In this document: positions 27,794 to 38,500 of the stretch, one piece after another
Position numbering within the stretch: the stretch's first letter is position 1
How the letters are laid out: each line of letters starts with the position of its first letter
Origin: a virus
IMG/VR virus record: IMGVR_UViG_3300031541_000022
Span: 41,155 to 105,154 of that record
Strand: one strand, 5' to 3'
DNA length: 64,000 bases
The notes under the pieces: model-generated
What the model saw: the letters and a program-made list of their open reading frames with translations, nothing else
What the model was told of the DNA's origin: nothing
Databases searched by the model: none
Program-made: the position numbers and the translations under genes

Positions 27794-28228
27794 ATGGCTG
27801 AATCAAAGACATGGAATTGGATTAAAAGCAACGCAGTAGCGATTACAGTACCACTTGCATCTGGTGCAATTGCAATTATGGTGTCTTGGACTACAGGCAT
27901 TAAAGAAGAAACCGTACTCTACAATCGTATCGCACAGTTGGAAGCTAAGGTTGTCGCACTTGAGTCTCAGGATGAAGAGTTTGATGATGATCTTGACACA
28001 ATGGAAGATAACCTCAAAGAAGCTGACCGTGCAATTAGAGTTACAATTACAGGTGGTGACAGAACAATTAGAGAATTGGTTATTGAAGAAGGACGTGAAC
28101 TTGAACGCAGGGTTATCCGTCTTGACAGTCGTGTTGATGCAATTAACCGCCGCCTCACATATATTGACGGTATTGGCAGGCCAACATATGGGCCTAGTTT
28201 CGAATATATCCCTGGAGGTGATGAATAA
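27794..28228 (+). CDS. Membrane-anchored coiled-coil protein
   Basis: N-terminal hydrophobic helix, then heptad repeats. Confidence 0.65.
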   Translation: MAESKTWNWIKSNAVAITVPLASGAIAIMVSWTTGIKEETVLYNRIAQLEAKVVALESQDEEFDDDLDTMEDNLKEADRAIRVTITGGDRTIRELVIEEGRELERRVIRLDSRVDAINRRLTYIDGIGRPTYGPSFEYIPGGDE

Positions 28229-28926
28229 TGGATCTGAAACTAGTCACAGAATTTACAGAGAGTACACAGTATCGCAGCAAGGGCGGCGTACGTCAGACTG
28301 ACGCTCGTACAATTTGTGACTTTGCCTTCATGGACATGATGGGTATATGGATCCTATACAATGAATTTGAATTTGCACCATTTGCAATGGACTACGCAAA
28401 GCGAACAGGGCAGTATGGTCATTTTAAAAACTACCGCCAAGCAAGCACTGACCTCTATATCAATTTACACGTCATCGATCAGGAGCGTGTTGACTTATTG
28501 GCTAGTGAAGCAGACGCAGTTTTGCTCAACCGCATTCAGCTTGACATTTCCAACACAATTCGTTATCTGCGTAATGCAAGCAGGAATGACCTGTCATCAC
28601 CATATGTGCGACAGACATTGTTGCGTTTAGAGCGTAGCTTGCAAATTGAAAATTCAAACTATCGTTCAATCCGCCGCCTAGCACAAAGCTGGCCAATACT
28701 TAATAGCAGTCAAAAGCGCACAGTAATCACACGCATGAACTTCTTTTACAGAACACATGCACGTCGCAGTGAAATGGGCAGACAAATTGCTGCACTTGGT
28801 AAGAGCAAAAACATGATCGATCCAAAAGCCAAGAATCCAGATGTTGCCAAGACTGCGGCAGCGGCTGGTGCTGCGGCAGCGGCAGGATTTGCAGGCGGGT
28901 TCCAAATTGGTAAAGGCCTTGTATGA
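28228..28926 (+). CDS. Hypothetical probable head-associated protein
   Basis: LVTEF.E N-terminus; Ala/Gly hydrophobic C-terminal helix. Confidence 0.65.
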   Translation: MDLKLVTEFTESTQYRSKGGVRQTDARTICDFAFMDMMGIWILYNEFEFAPFAMDYAKRTGQYGHFKNYRQASTDLYINLHVIDQERVDLLASEADAVLLNRIQLDISNTIRYLRNASRNDLSSPYVRQTLLRLERSLQIENSNYRSIRRLAQSWPILNSSQKRTVITRMNFFYRTHARRSEMGRQIAALGKSKNMIDPKAKNPDVAKTAAAAGAAAAAGFAGGFQIGKGLV

Positions 28927-29336
28927 CCCAAACAGTAGTAGCGTTTACGCTGGTTGATATCACCGAAACTGGCGTACAACGCAGTCGCGATAGTAATAGA
29001 GCTGAATATCATCAACAACAGAATCTCAACGTTTTATTGCAAACCTGTGGTTTACGTACACAGGTTATGGATCCTATTGTTATCCAACATAATAGAGCAG
29101 AGCTCAGTCGTCTAAACTTTCATGAATTTTTTGGGGTGGGCGAGCATGAAATATGGAGTGCACGATTTTTAATCGAAACCCCAGACGTTTGGCTCAAAGG
29201 TACAGATCCACTAGGATTGCTTAAAGACGACGTTCACGGCGTTGCAATTACCTCTGACCTCGACAACACAGTTGAATTTCCAGTTGACATATTTGACACA
29301 TTGGATAATGTGAACACTTATTTCATCATCAGTTAA
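28923..29336 (+). CDS. Hypothetical protein
   Basis: ATGA-coupled ORF. Confidence 0.7.
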   Translation: MTQTVVAFTLVDITETGVQRSRDSNRAEYHQQQNLNVLLQTCGLRTQVMDPIVIQHNRAELSRLNFHEFFGVGEHEIWSARFLIETPDVWLKGTDPLGLLKDDVHGVAITSDLDNTVEFPVDIFDTLDNVNTYFIIS

Positions 29337-29365
29337 CTGGCAGCATTTCCACCAGGGCATATTGA

Positions 29366-29372
29366 ATAAATA
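29366..29372 (+). promoter_or_regulatory. T4-late-like promoter
   Basis: ATAAATA, SD GGAG, ATG 29388. Confidence 0.6.
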
Positions 29373-29387
29373 TCTCTGGAGAGGGAA

Positions 29388-29681
29388 ATGATTAACGAAC
29401 CAACAGAACTTGAAAAGACAAACCTAGAAGTACACGTTGAAATGAACCGTCAGCGTTACGCTCACCTGTCTGAGAAAGTTGAGACTCTGGATGAGCGCAT
29501 GGACGCTATGATTACAGAGCTTGGTGACTTCCGCAAAGAGATGGCGGAGAACATGAATCAAATTCGTGAAGAAAATGCCCGAAACACACAAGGAACACAC
29601 AGGCTGTTCGTAGGAGCAGCGGCGACAGTAATTGGTGGTCTACTTAGTACCATCGTTGTTTTATTGATCGCATTTATATAA
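29388..29681 (+). CDS. Coiled-coil protein with C-terminal TM helix (holin/hemolysin-like architecture)
   Basis: Heptads followed by LFVGAAATVIGGLLSTIVVLLIAFI. Confidence 0.6.
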   Translation: MINEPTELEKTNLEVHVEMNRQRYAHLSEKVETLDERMDAMITELGDFRKEMAENMNQIREENARNTQGTHRLFVGAAATVIGGLLSTIVVLLIAFI

Positions 29682-29736
29682 TTCACACTTAGCATTACAC
29701 ACCTTGCGCCGCCCTAACCAGGCGGCACTGTCTTCG

Positions 29737-29744
29737 TATAAATA
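29737..29744 (+). promoter_or_regulatory. T4-late-like promoter
   Basis: TATAAATA just after the hairpin GCCGCC-N7-GGCGGC (29708-29726). Confidence 0.65.
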
Positions 29745-29762
29745 CCCTAAAGGAACGCCTAC

Positions 29763-30047
29763 ATGAAAATGAGTGACATAACTGGTAACAGCGAAAGCCT
29801 AGTAGAGACCAAAATGGTCTGGGCTAAGAGTGGCGGTAAAGTCACCCGCAAGTACCGTTGTACATTTGGCAAGCGCAAAGGACGTGTGGTTAGTGACCCA
29901 AGTCAGTGCAGCAAGCCCGTTGACATGAAGAAGCGTTTCACACTGCGTCGTACAAAGGCGCAAAAGGGTAGTCGCATGACACGCAAAGCACAGCGAACAA
30001 AGCGTACAAACCCAGCGAGTAAAATGGTAAGGGCGCTAAACAAATGA
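29763..30047 (+). CDS. Very basic small late protein
   Basis: K/R-rich after the LVE site. Confidence 0.7.
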   Translation: MKMSDITGNSESLVETKMVWAKSGGKVTRKYRCTFGKRKGRVVSDPSQCSKPVDMKKRFTLRRTKAQKGSRMTRKAQRTKRTNPASKMVRALNK

Positions 30048-31258
30048 TGAAACTATTTGAAGCATTGGACGATAACGGCGGTAATATTCGTGATGTTATC
30101 CAACAAATTGTAAACGACATGTTCAAGGAAGAACTAGACGATGATATTATTGATGAGATTGTTAATAACCTCAGCCTCAGTGATATGATTGCATTGGATA
30201 CAGCATATTCAAGTCGTAATAAAGAGCAAGTAGGAGACATTTTAGGACCACTACCACAATTGGAATACAGCATGGGTGGCGGCCGAAAAGCAGACAGTCA
30301 AGCCGCATCGCGGCCCGCACCAGGCCGCCGTGATGCACCAGCGGCAAATAAAAAGCCAGGGACGCAAAATCTCACACAAACAAACCGCAATTATAGCGGT
30401 GGTGTACAAAACGGTGTAACAACACAAAATGTAGATAGTGAAGATGATCCTGACCAAACAATGCAAGATCCAGAATTACAAGCTGAGGAAGGTGGGATTG
30501 ATACAGGACGTATTGCAGAGCTAGCCGGTGTGTCTGTTACAGAAACAGGTCGTTTTTCACATGATGATGACGTTATTGTTACAAGTGGAGAATGGGAGGG
30601 CGAGACCGGCATGGTAATTTCAACTTGTCCTAATAGTGTAACTGTCCGCCTTTACAATCACGATTTTAAAATGGACTTCCTACCAGATGAACTAGAGCTA
30701 AATGACTACGCCAACAGCGATGATGAAGAAAATGATCTGCGCCTCCATTATGGTGATGAAGAATACGACCGTATTCACGGCAACTTGGGCTATAAAGACG
30801 AGTCAGTGAATGAGGGATCAGGTAAACAGTGGAATTCATATCAAGTTATTATGGGACTTGAAGATGTAGCACAAGACGCAGAGCCAGATGATCCACAAGG
30901 TGCAGCAGGTCTACAGATGCTTGCAAACCGCATCAATCAGTCATTTCCAGATTACATTGATATGAGTGATATTGAAAATTTGCTACGTGAGCCACAGCTA
31001 CGTGGCATTAACGCTGAAGATGTAAAGTATGTGCTTCAAACTATAGGCTTCCTAGATTTTATGGAAGGCGAATTCCGTAATGCAAGCGGTCGTAGCGCAT
31101 GGGATTACCGCGCTGAAGCTGAATCAGTATTGCGCGACATGGCTGAAAAATATCAAGCAGCAATGGCTGGCATGTATGATGAAGAATATTTTGAATCAAA
31201 AGAACAAAAAGTTGTTCGTATGCAAGAGTGGATTAAACGTAGAGCAGGCATTTCATGA
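30044..31258 (+). CDS. Acidic multi-segment probable head protein
   Basis: MKLFEAL N-terminus; internal RIAELAG; KOW/SH3-like segment (VIVTSGEWEGETGMV). Confidence 0.65.
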   Translation: MMKLFEALDDNGGNIRDVIQQIVNDMFKEELDDDIIDEIVNNLSLSDMIALDTAYSSRNKEQVGDILGPLPQLEYSMGGGRKADSQAASRPAPGRRDAPAANKKPGTQNLTQTNRNYSGGVQNGVTTQNVDSEDDPDQTMQDPELQAEEGGIDTGRIAELAGVSVTETGRFSHDDDVIVTSGEWEGETGMVISTCPNSVTVRLYNHDFKMDFLPDELELNDYANSDDEENDLRLHYGDEEYDRIHGNLGYKDESVNEGSGKQWNSYQVIMGLEDVAQDAEPDDPQGAAGLQMLANRINQSFPDYIDMSDIENLLREPQLRGINAEDVKYVLQTIGFLDFMEGEFRNASGRSAWDYRAEAESVLRDMAEKYQAAMAGMYDEEYFESKEQKVVRMQEWIKRRAGIS

Positions 31259-31470
31259 AGTCAGTAATCATCAAAGGTGGGTTTCCAGTATTTCTTGCAA
31301 AGCATGAACACGAATTCCTTGAGAGCGTTGGAGATGTAATTTACAAGGATCAATTGGACGAAAGACAAACGCAAGTGGCGAAAGAGCTAACCACACGTGG
31401 TGTGCTACAACGCTATATGGATGTCGATCGTGGAATTTATTACAAGCCAAATGTAAACGAAGGATTTTAA
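31255..31470 (+). CDS. Hypothetical protein
   Basis: ATGA-coupled ORF. Confidence 0.65.
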   Translation: MKSVIIKGGFPVFLAKHEHEFLESVGDVIYKDQLDERQTQVAKELTTRGVLQRYMDVDRGIYYKPNVNEGF

Positions 31471-31471
31471 A

Positions 31472-31657
31472 ATGATTCCAGTGGAACAGACTTGCCCCAA
31501 ATGCGGTACTCGTTTTATGGGTAGCGATGTGGTGGGCTTGACATGTAACTATTGTGTGGGAATTAGCGAAGAGACGTTGACGGAGATGCTCGCAGCTATG
31601 AACCAAATGTATTATCAACCAGAGGAAGAAACTAATGACAGACCAAGAACAAACTAA
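31472..31657 (+). CDS. Small Zn-ribbon protein
   Basis: CPKC...CNYC. Confidence 0.55.
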   Translation: MIPVEQTCPKCGTRFMGSDVVGLTCNYCVGISEETLTEMLAAMNQMYYQPEEETNDRPRTN

Positions 31658-32240
31658 CGCAATGGCGGACATTCTTGGCAAATTGAATGCCGCCGAATCG
31701 GGTACATTCAAAATTGCACCGGGCGTTTCATCATCAGCTGATGACGCTGCTGCAATGCATGATGTATTAGCTAAGTTGCAGGAAGCAACTAACGGCGCAG
31801 CATATGAAATGGTTAACGAAAGCCAGCAAGACCTAGAGCTTGCTACCGCAGTTAATACACAGCGTAATGAGCAAGGCGTGAGTGTATCACGTTACGACAT
31901 TCGCACTGAAAAGAAAACAGTAAGCGAAGGATTGAAAAAGACATTTTACTACGTTGTAGACAACCAGACTGGTCGTATCGTTCATGACGATCTCGGCCTT
32001 TTTGAAAGTGCAATGGGCATTGTAAAGCACATGCTCTACACCAAAAAGCAAAACAAAATTGATCGTATTGTTGAACTGGACCAAGCGTATGTTGGTTACG
32101 TAGTTGAGACATATGGTTATAAAACTCGTCTTACTCGTTTGGACGAGAGTGAAGTACAGTATGATGTTGCATCAGCAAAGTACAGCAACAGCAAGAGTAA
32201 AATGCAGCAAGCCAAGATGCTTCTTCTGAAGGCCTTGTAA
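31635..32240 (+). CDS. Hypothetical probable head protein
   Basis: SD GAGGA; x-NE/x-SE putative cleavage sites. Confidence 0.7.
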   Translation: MTDQEQTNAMADILGKLNAAESGTFKIAPGVSSSADDAAAMHDVLAKLQEATNGAAYEMVNESQQDLELATAVNTQRNEQGVSVSRYDIRTEKKTVSEGLKKTFYYVVDNQTGRIVHDDLGLFESAMGIVKHMLYTKKQNKIDRIVELDQAYVGYVVETYGYKTRLTRLDESEVQYDVASAKYSNSKSKMQQAKMLLLKAL

Positions 32241-32253
32241 ACTGTGGCTTCGC

Positions 32254-32260
32254 ATAAATA
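32254..32260 (+). promoter_or_regulatory. T4-late-like promoter
   Basis: ATAAATA, SD GGAG, ATG 32288. Confidence 0.6.
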
Positions 32261-32287
32261 CTTTACAGACAATTACGGAGATCTGAT

Positions 32288-33019
32288 ATGATTCTAAGAG
32301 AATTTACATCACGCGGCGCGTCAAAGCTTGACAAGCTTACCAAAGCGTTGGCGGAAAACTACGATTACAATCTAGACCTTGACAACATGACAGGCGATCG
32401 TGCACAACGCATGGCTGACAAGGCACGTGAAAAAGTTGCAGAAATCAGCGACATCAACAAACGCATTAAGTTCAACATGATTGCAGAAAGCCTAGACCTA
32501 TGGTTTGAAGCAAACATTCAAACTGAGCTAACCGATATGGTTGCAGAGGGCTTGGACGATGATAGCGTTGAAGAAGCAAAAGTTATCCTAGCAGCACAGG
32601 AAATCAGCGACAAGATTCAGGGCATGATTGAAGATGCAGCTAAGATGCAGGTACAAGACTTGCTACCAATTGTTGATGCTATGAAGTCAGAACTTGGTGC
32701 AGACGAAGCAGAAGCATTTAGCACACAAGCAGACGCAGCACTAGCAGGCATTGTTGAGTCACTTAAGTCTGGTAAAGCAGAATACGACACAGCAATCCAG
32801 TCAGCACAAGGCAACGCACCAGCAACAGACATGGACAACTTCGATATGGATGGCGACATTGGGCCAGGTGACGGCGGAATTGACGGCATGGACGTTGACA
32901 TGGACATGGACGCAGATATTGACGGCGGCGACATGGAAGTTGACGACGAGTTTGGTGGCGACGATGCTATGGTTGGCGGCGATGAGCCAACTGGACGCGA
33001 GATGAAAGACGAGATCTAA
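32288..33019 (+). CDS. Probable prohead scaffold/core protein
   Basis: MILREF N-terminus, helical core, D/M/G low-complexity tail. Confidence 0.55.
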   Translation: MILREFTSRGASKLDKLTKALAENYDYNLDLDNMTGDRAQRMADKAREKVAEISDINKRIKFNMIAESLDLWFEANIQTELTDMVAEGLDDDSVEEAKVILAAQEISDKIQGMIEDAAKMQVQDLLPIVDAMKSELGADEAEAFSTQADAALAGIVESLKSGKAEYDTAIQSAQGNAPATDMDNFDMDGDIGPGDGGIDGMDVDMDMDADIDGGDMEVDDEFGGDDAMVGGDEPTGREMKDEI

Positions 33020-33358
33020 ATGCGAGCTTTTGAGCTGTTTGATAGTGATTATAATGAGGATCTCCGTTCTGAAATAATCACACTTCTGACAGCCATTGAC
33101 GCAGAAGGTATCGATGAAATTCAAACACAAAACCTATTGCGCGACCTAGAAGAACAAGGTTATGCAGTGGATGAAGAGACATTGATCGATATCTTGTCAA
33201 CCATCGAAATCGTATCGACCGCAACAGGTGATACCATTAACATTGCTACTAGCGACGCAGATGCGATGGTAGGCAACGATGCTGAAGAAGTTGAACAGGA
33301 TCGTGTTGATGACTTGGCAACTGACCAAGCGACAAAAGACTTAGGGGATGATCTATAA
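33020..33358 (+). CDS. Acidic hypothetical protein
   Basis: MRAFELF N-terminus. Confidence 0.7.
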   Translation: MRAFELFDSDYNEDLRSEIITLLTAIDAEGIDEIQTQNLLRDLEEQGYAVDEETLIDILSTIEIVSTATGDTINIATSDADAMVGNDAEEVEQDRVDDLATDQATKDLGDDL

Positions 33359-33987
33359 TGACACATAATTTCACAGCAACACAGGCTCGTAACCTATCAA
33401 CTACTGACCAGGTCATTTACAACGAAATTGATTTTATTAACCGTGCAATACTTGCTGATGCACTTGCAGGCAACTTGCAAACAACTGTCAATGACGGAAC
33501 CACAATGACAGAAAGCACTCCGGTTGTTACTGTTGTTAGCACTGGTTATGCAGATGGATGGACACCAGGAGGCACGTTGACAATTGCAGGGACAACTGTT
33601 ACATTGAGCAGCGGTGTAAACGACGGTACAAATATCGACCAAGCAACAGCAGATATTAACGCAGCTGGTGTGGTTGGCTTGGTAGCAACAAATGACGGAT
33701 CAGAAATTACATTAACATACGAAACACCACGCACTACTTGGTCACTTATATTAGCAGAAGACAGTGGGGCACTTGGTGAACTAGGATTTACGTCAGGCAC
33801 ATTTTCAGCGCCTGCCCCAGAGTCAACAGAATATTATAGTGTTTGGTCAGGGCAAACAGAAGATAGAAAAAAGTCATTTGAGTTTTCAGAAGTTGTTAAC
33901 CATTTCCAAGGATTAGGCTACAGTATTTTGGCAAAACTCAACACGGAATCACAGACAGCGACATTTATGTGGGAGGTATATTGGTGA
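33358..33987 (+). CDS. Hypothetical structural protein
   Basis: T/G-rich beta segments. Confidence 0.7.
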   Translation: MTHNFTATQARNLSTTDQVIYNEIDFINRAILADALAGNLQTTVNDGTTMTESTPVVTVVSTGYADGWTPGGTLTIAGTTVTLSSGVNDGTNIDQATADINAAGVVGLVATNDGSEITLTYETPRTTWSLILAEDSGALGELGFTSGTFSAPAPESTEYYSVWSGQTEDRKKSFEFSEVVNHFQGLGYSILAKLNTESQTATFMWEVYW

Positions 33988-34220
33988 TGGATATTAATAG
34001 ACTGAGAGAACTTGCTGGCACGTCAATTCAAGAAGCAGGGCCAGAAAGTTTAGAAGCTTTGGTGATGAATGCCAGTGATACTGTTCAACACGCAGCCGAT
34101 CTAGTGTCTAAGGCATATGAAATGCTAGGAATGCCTGAGGAAGGTGACGAAGCAGCAGGCCTAATGGTTACTATTGCTATGGAATTAGAAGAATCCATCA
34201 GACGCACTGACGAAAATTAA
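33987..34220 (+). CDS. Small acidic protein with MDINRLRELAG N-terminus
   Basis: Start reassigned to ATG 33987; motif shared with the 4525 ORF. Confidence 0.65.
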   Translation: MDINRLRELAGTSIQEAGPESLEALVMNASDTVQHAADLVSKAYEMLGMPEEGDEAAGLMVTIAMELEESIRRTDEN

Positions 34221-34227
34221 AAACTTC

Positions 34228-34256
34228 TAGACTTGTCAATGATTTCAGTGTATTAT
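34228..34256 (+). promoter_or_regulatory. Sigma70-like promoter, leaderless exonuclease
   Basis: TAGACT-17-TATTAT-7-ATG(34264), no SD. Confidence 0.6.
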
Positions 34257-34263
34257 TACTATT

Positions 34264-34941
34264 ATGATCATTGATAAGTTTCCCTACCAAGAGATTAAAC
34301 GCAAGCGCGTTGAAGGAAAGCGACTCTACGATACCGAGAGTGGCTTCCTTCCATCTGTAACTACCATTTTAGACCGCACCAAGCCAGCGGAAGATCGACA
34401 AGCTCTTCAGAATTGGCGCGACCGTGTAGGACACGCAGAAGCACAACGCATCACCAACGAAGCTGCAAACGTTGGTACACTGATGCACAAGTTTCTCGAG
34501 GATTGGCTGCTCAAGGACGAGTTTAAGGCTGGCAACAACCTGCCCAACCTTGTCGCTAAGAACATGGCCAACAAAGTTATCGAAAGCATCAAAGATGATC
34601 TAAACGAAGCCTGGGGTACAGAGGTAGGGCTCTACTATCCAGGCTTATATGCTGGTACCACAGACCTAGTTGGACTGTGGAAGAACAAACCAGCTATCAT
34701 GGACTTCAAACAAACCAACAAGCCTAAAAAGCGTGAGTGGATTGAAGATTATTTTATGCAAGCTGCCGCCTATGGCAATGCGCATAACGCCTTGTTTGAT
34801 ACTGATATCCGTACCGCTGCCATCTTTATGTGCAGCAGGGATTGTGAGTTTCAACTTTTTGAACTTGATGAAAATGAGTTCGACGAGTACAGTGAAAAAT
34901 GGGCCTATCGAGTAGGCAAATTCTATGAACTCGATAAATAA
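34264..34941 (+). CDS. PD-(D/E)XK exonuclease (lambda-exo/Cas4-like)
   Basis: LPSVTTIL, GTLMH, E, YAGTTD, IMDFK, YFMQAAAY. Confidence 0.85.
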   Translation: MIIDKFPYQEIKRKRVEGKRLYDTESGFLPSVTTILDRTKPAEDRQALQNWRDRVGHAEAQRITNEAANVGTLMHKFLEDWLLKDEFKAGNNLPNLVAKNMANKVIESIKDDLNEAWGTEVGLYYPGLYAGTTDLVGLWKNKPAIMDFKQTNKPKKREWIEDYFMQAAAYGNAHNALFDTDIRTAAIFMCSRDCEFQLFELDENEFDEYSEKWAYRVGKFYELDK

Positions 34942-34984
34942 ATTTACGGCGGGATAGACGCAACATATATACTCTAAGGTTTAT

Positions 34985-35515
34985 GTGCGCACTATACGTT
35001 GTGTAAAAACAACAATAGTCAACACTTTGGAACAGCTGAACAATAGTCAGTTACGAAATTTGTGGTTGCGTTCACCCGATGAACGCCTAGCCAGTTGGAG
35101 AGATTTTAGGATTGAGTTGCAGGAGTTGTATGACACCTGCAATGGGGACGTCTTGCCCGCGTTACATGCGATAAGCACTTGGTGGCAAAGCGCACCTATT
35201 GTGAGTGTAGCAATGGACCCGTTTAATCCTAACACTTGGCCAACTGTTTGGGAAATAATTGATCAAGGTGAATGCTGCAAATATAGCAGGGGCCTTGCAA
35301 TGGCATATAACATTCACTATATGGACCAAGATGCAGACGTAGCCCTTCATCGTGTCCGCGACCATCAATACAATGATGAATACATGATTGCAACACTTGG
35401 CGATTTGGCTTTGAACTGCATTCATGAACAAATAGTCGATCTCCACAGTGTTGATACCTTAGAGAAACGCGAATCGTTCGATATGCGATCGCTTCTCAAA
35501 CAGAATCAATACTAA
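34985..35515 (+). CDS. Hypothetical protein (start uncertain)
   Basis: WPTVWEII..G.CC motif; possible papain/transglutaminase-like fold (weak). Confidence 0.55.
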   Translation: MRTIRCVKTTIVNTLEQLNNSQLRNLWLRSPDERLASWRDFRIELQELYDTCNGDVLPALHAISTWWQSAPIVSVAMDPFNPNTWPTVWEIIDQGECCKYSRGLAMAYNIHYMDQDADVALHRVRDHQYNDEYMIATLGDLALNCIHEQIVDLHSVDTLEKRESFDMRSLLKQNQY

Positions 35516-35527
35516 CAGGAGAACGCA

Positions 35528-38500
35528 ATGAAAGATATCGATACCCGTGCCCTTATGGGGGAAGCCAAATTCTACGAAGGCTATAGCCGCTGGAGTGATG
35601 AATTAGACAGGTATGAGACGTGGGAAGAGAGTGTGGCCCGCGTTATGGATATGCATCGTGAATTTTACAAGGACAAGATGACTGATGATCTCTCAGTCCT
35701 TATTGACGAAGCAGAAGCACTTTACAAACTAAAATATGTATTGGGTGCTCAACGAGCACTTCAATTTGGTGGTGAACAGATCCTTAAGCACCAGATGCGT
35801 ATGTATAATTGCGGTGCGCAAGAAACTACCTTTGTAACAACAGAAGGTTTGAAGTCATTCAAAGATTATAATGATGGAGATAAGGTTACAGTAAAAACAC
35901 CACAAGGTAATTGGAAACCTGCAATTGTTCGTTCTTATGGTGAACAACAGCTAAATTCTATCACGCTTAAACGAAACAATGGAAAAGAAAAAAATGTCCG
36001 TTTTACAGCAGATCATAGATGGTTATTGAAGAACGGAGAAGTGACAACATCTTTGAAAGAGGGCGATAGGTTATACCATACTAAAAATACCTTCAATAAT
36101 TTTAATTTTGATACAGCAGAACCTGATGAAAAGCTATATTGGGCATATGGGTATGTATATGGTGATGGAACTATTAATAAAACACATAGTATGGTTCGCC
36201 TTTGTGGTAAAGATGTTGGGTATAAGTATAGATTTGAAGAACTAGGATTCAAAACATCAAGTAGTTTATCTCTAGATGGTGACGTAATTGCTTACACCGG
36301 AAAATACAAAAAAACACTTCCTGATACTAAAAAAGATGACCCACGGTTAACTCGCGCATTTGTTCGTGGTTGGCTTGACGCTGATGGGGAGAAAGCAGAG
36401 TCGCGATTTGATTATCATCAGTTTACTGGAATTCAGTCTTCTGATCCAGAAGCAATTAAATTCATCCGAAATTCCTTTCCGATTGCTGGTATATATCCAA
36501 CTAACGAAGTAGATAAAACTGGTGAAATTACAAATTATGGTGAAAGACCATACACTGTTCGATTTAGTTTTTCAGCAGTTACTGATTCCAAATTTGCAGC
36601 ATCTTGGCGCGTCGATTCAATTAAAAAAGACAGCGTTGAGACAGTTTGGTGTCTTGAGGTTGAAGATGATCATGCTTTTGTCATGGAAGCCGGAATACCA
36701 ACTGGAAATTGCACCAGTTCATACGCAGACCGCGCAGCCTTCTTTGGAGAACTATTTTATGTTCTACTATGTGGAGCGGGTGCAGGGTTCTCAGTTCAGA
36801 AGCATCACGTTGCGAAATTGCCAGGCGTGGCGCAGCGTAAGGGCCAAGCAAAAATCCACGAAGTAGAAGACAGCATTGAAGGCTGGGCAACTGCACTTGA
36901 CGTTCTCATGGCAAGTTTCTTCGTGGATGGTGGTAAGCACCCTGAGTATCAAGGACGTCGTGTTTACTTTGATCTTAATAAGGTACGTCCAAAAGGAGCG
37001 ATGATTTCGGGCGGATTCAAAGCGCCTGGTCCGGAACCATTGCGCAAAGCACTAGACAAAATCGAACATCTGGTCCAGGGTGCAGTGCTAGCGGGTCGTG
37101 ATTCACTCAAGCCGATTGAAGTGTATGATATTTGTATGCACGCCGCTGATGCTGTTTTGGCGGGCGGCGTTCGCCGTTCAGCTACTATTTGCCTATTCAG
37201 CCCAGATGATCAGGAAATGATTGCAGCTAAAACAGGCGATTGGTATATCAAGAATCCACAGCGTGGCCGTTCAAATAACAGTGCTGTTATCGTTCGTAAG
37301 GAAGCTGACCGCGAGCAGTTTGCTGATATTATGAATAGTATTCGTCAGTTTGGCGAGCCAGGCTTTGTGTTTACAGAGTCAACAGAACACACATACAACC
37401 CTTGTGTAGAGATTGGCAAGTATCCAGTCCTCATTGAGGGCAAGAAAAAGAAGAGCGGCTGGCAAGGCTGCAACCTAAGCGAGCTTAATGGCGCCAAGGC
37501 AACCAACAAGGAAGAGTTTTTCAAAGCTTGTCGTGTTGGCGCTATCCTGGGCACACTACAAGCAGGCTACACGGACTTTAAATTCCTCGATGAGACCAGC
37601 AAAAAGATCTTCGACCGTGAAGCACTAATTGGTGTGTCAATTACAGGGTGGATGAACTCACCAGACATTTTGTTTGATGAAAAGATCCTCAAAGAAGGTG
37701 CTGAGATTGTCAAGAAAGTCAACAAGCAAGTTGCAGCACTACTTGGCATCAACCCAGCAGCTCGTACAACATGTGTCAAGCCAAGTGGTAACGCAAGTGT
37801 CCTACTAGGCACATCAAGCGGTATCCACGGTGATCACAGCCCACGTTACCTACGTCACGTACAAATGAACAAGGACCAAGAAGTTGCACAGCTATTTGCA
37901 AATACTAATCCTTACATGGTTGAAGATAGCGTATGGTCAACAAACGGCACTGACTATCAGATTGCTTTCCCAGTTATTGCACCAAGTGATTCACTCTTTA
38001 AGCGTGAACTATACGGCACAAAGCTACTGGAAAAGGTTAAGCTAGTTCAGAACACCTGGGTTGAGCATGGTACAGACGAGTCACTATGTGTTGACCCAAC
38101 AGTACGACACAACGTTTCCAACACAGTGCAAGTTGCAAGTGATCAGTGGGATGAAGTTGAAGAGTATCTGTTTACAAACCGCGATAGCTTTGCAGGCATC
38201 AGCTTCCTAGCAGCAAGCGGTGACAAGGACTTTAACCAAGCACCATTTACAGAAGTGCTAACTGAAGAACAAATTGTTGAAAAGTATGGCCGTGCAGCAA
38301 TGTTTGCAAGTGGCTTGATTGTAGAAAGCTTCAAAGGCTTTGGTGATTTGTGGAGTGCGACATTTGCAGCACAAAACGAAGCAATGCAAAGCGGAGAGCA
38401 AAAGGACCAGGGTGCTGAATGGACTCGTCGTTTCAAGAAGTTTGCATCAAACTATTTTGAGGGCGACGAAAAGACGGCAGAATACTGTCTTAAGGATGTC

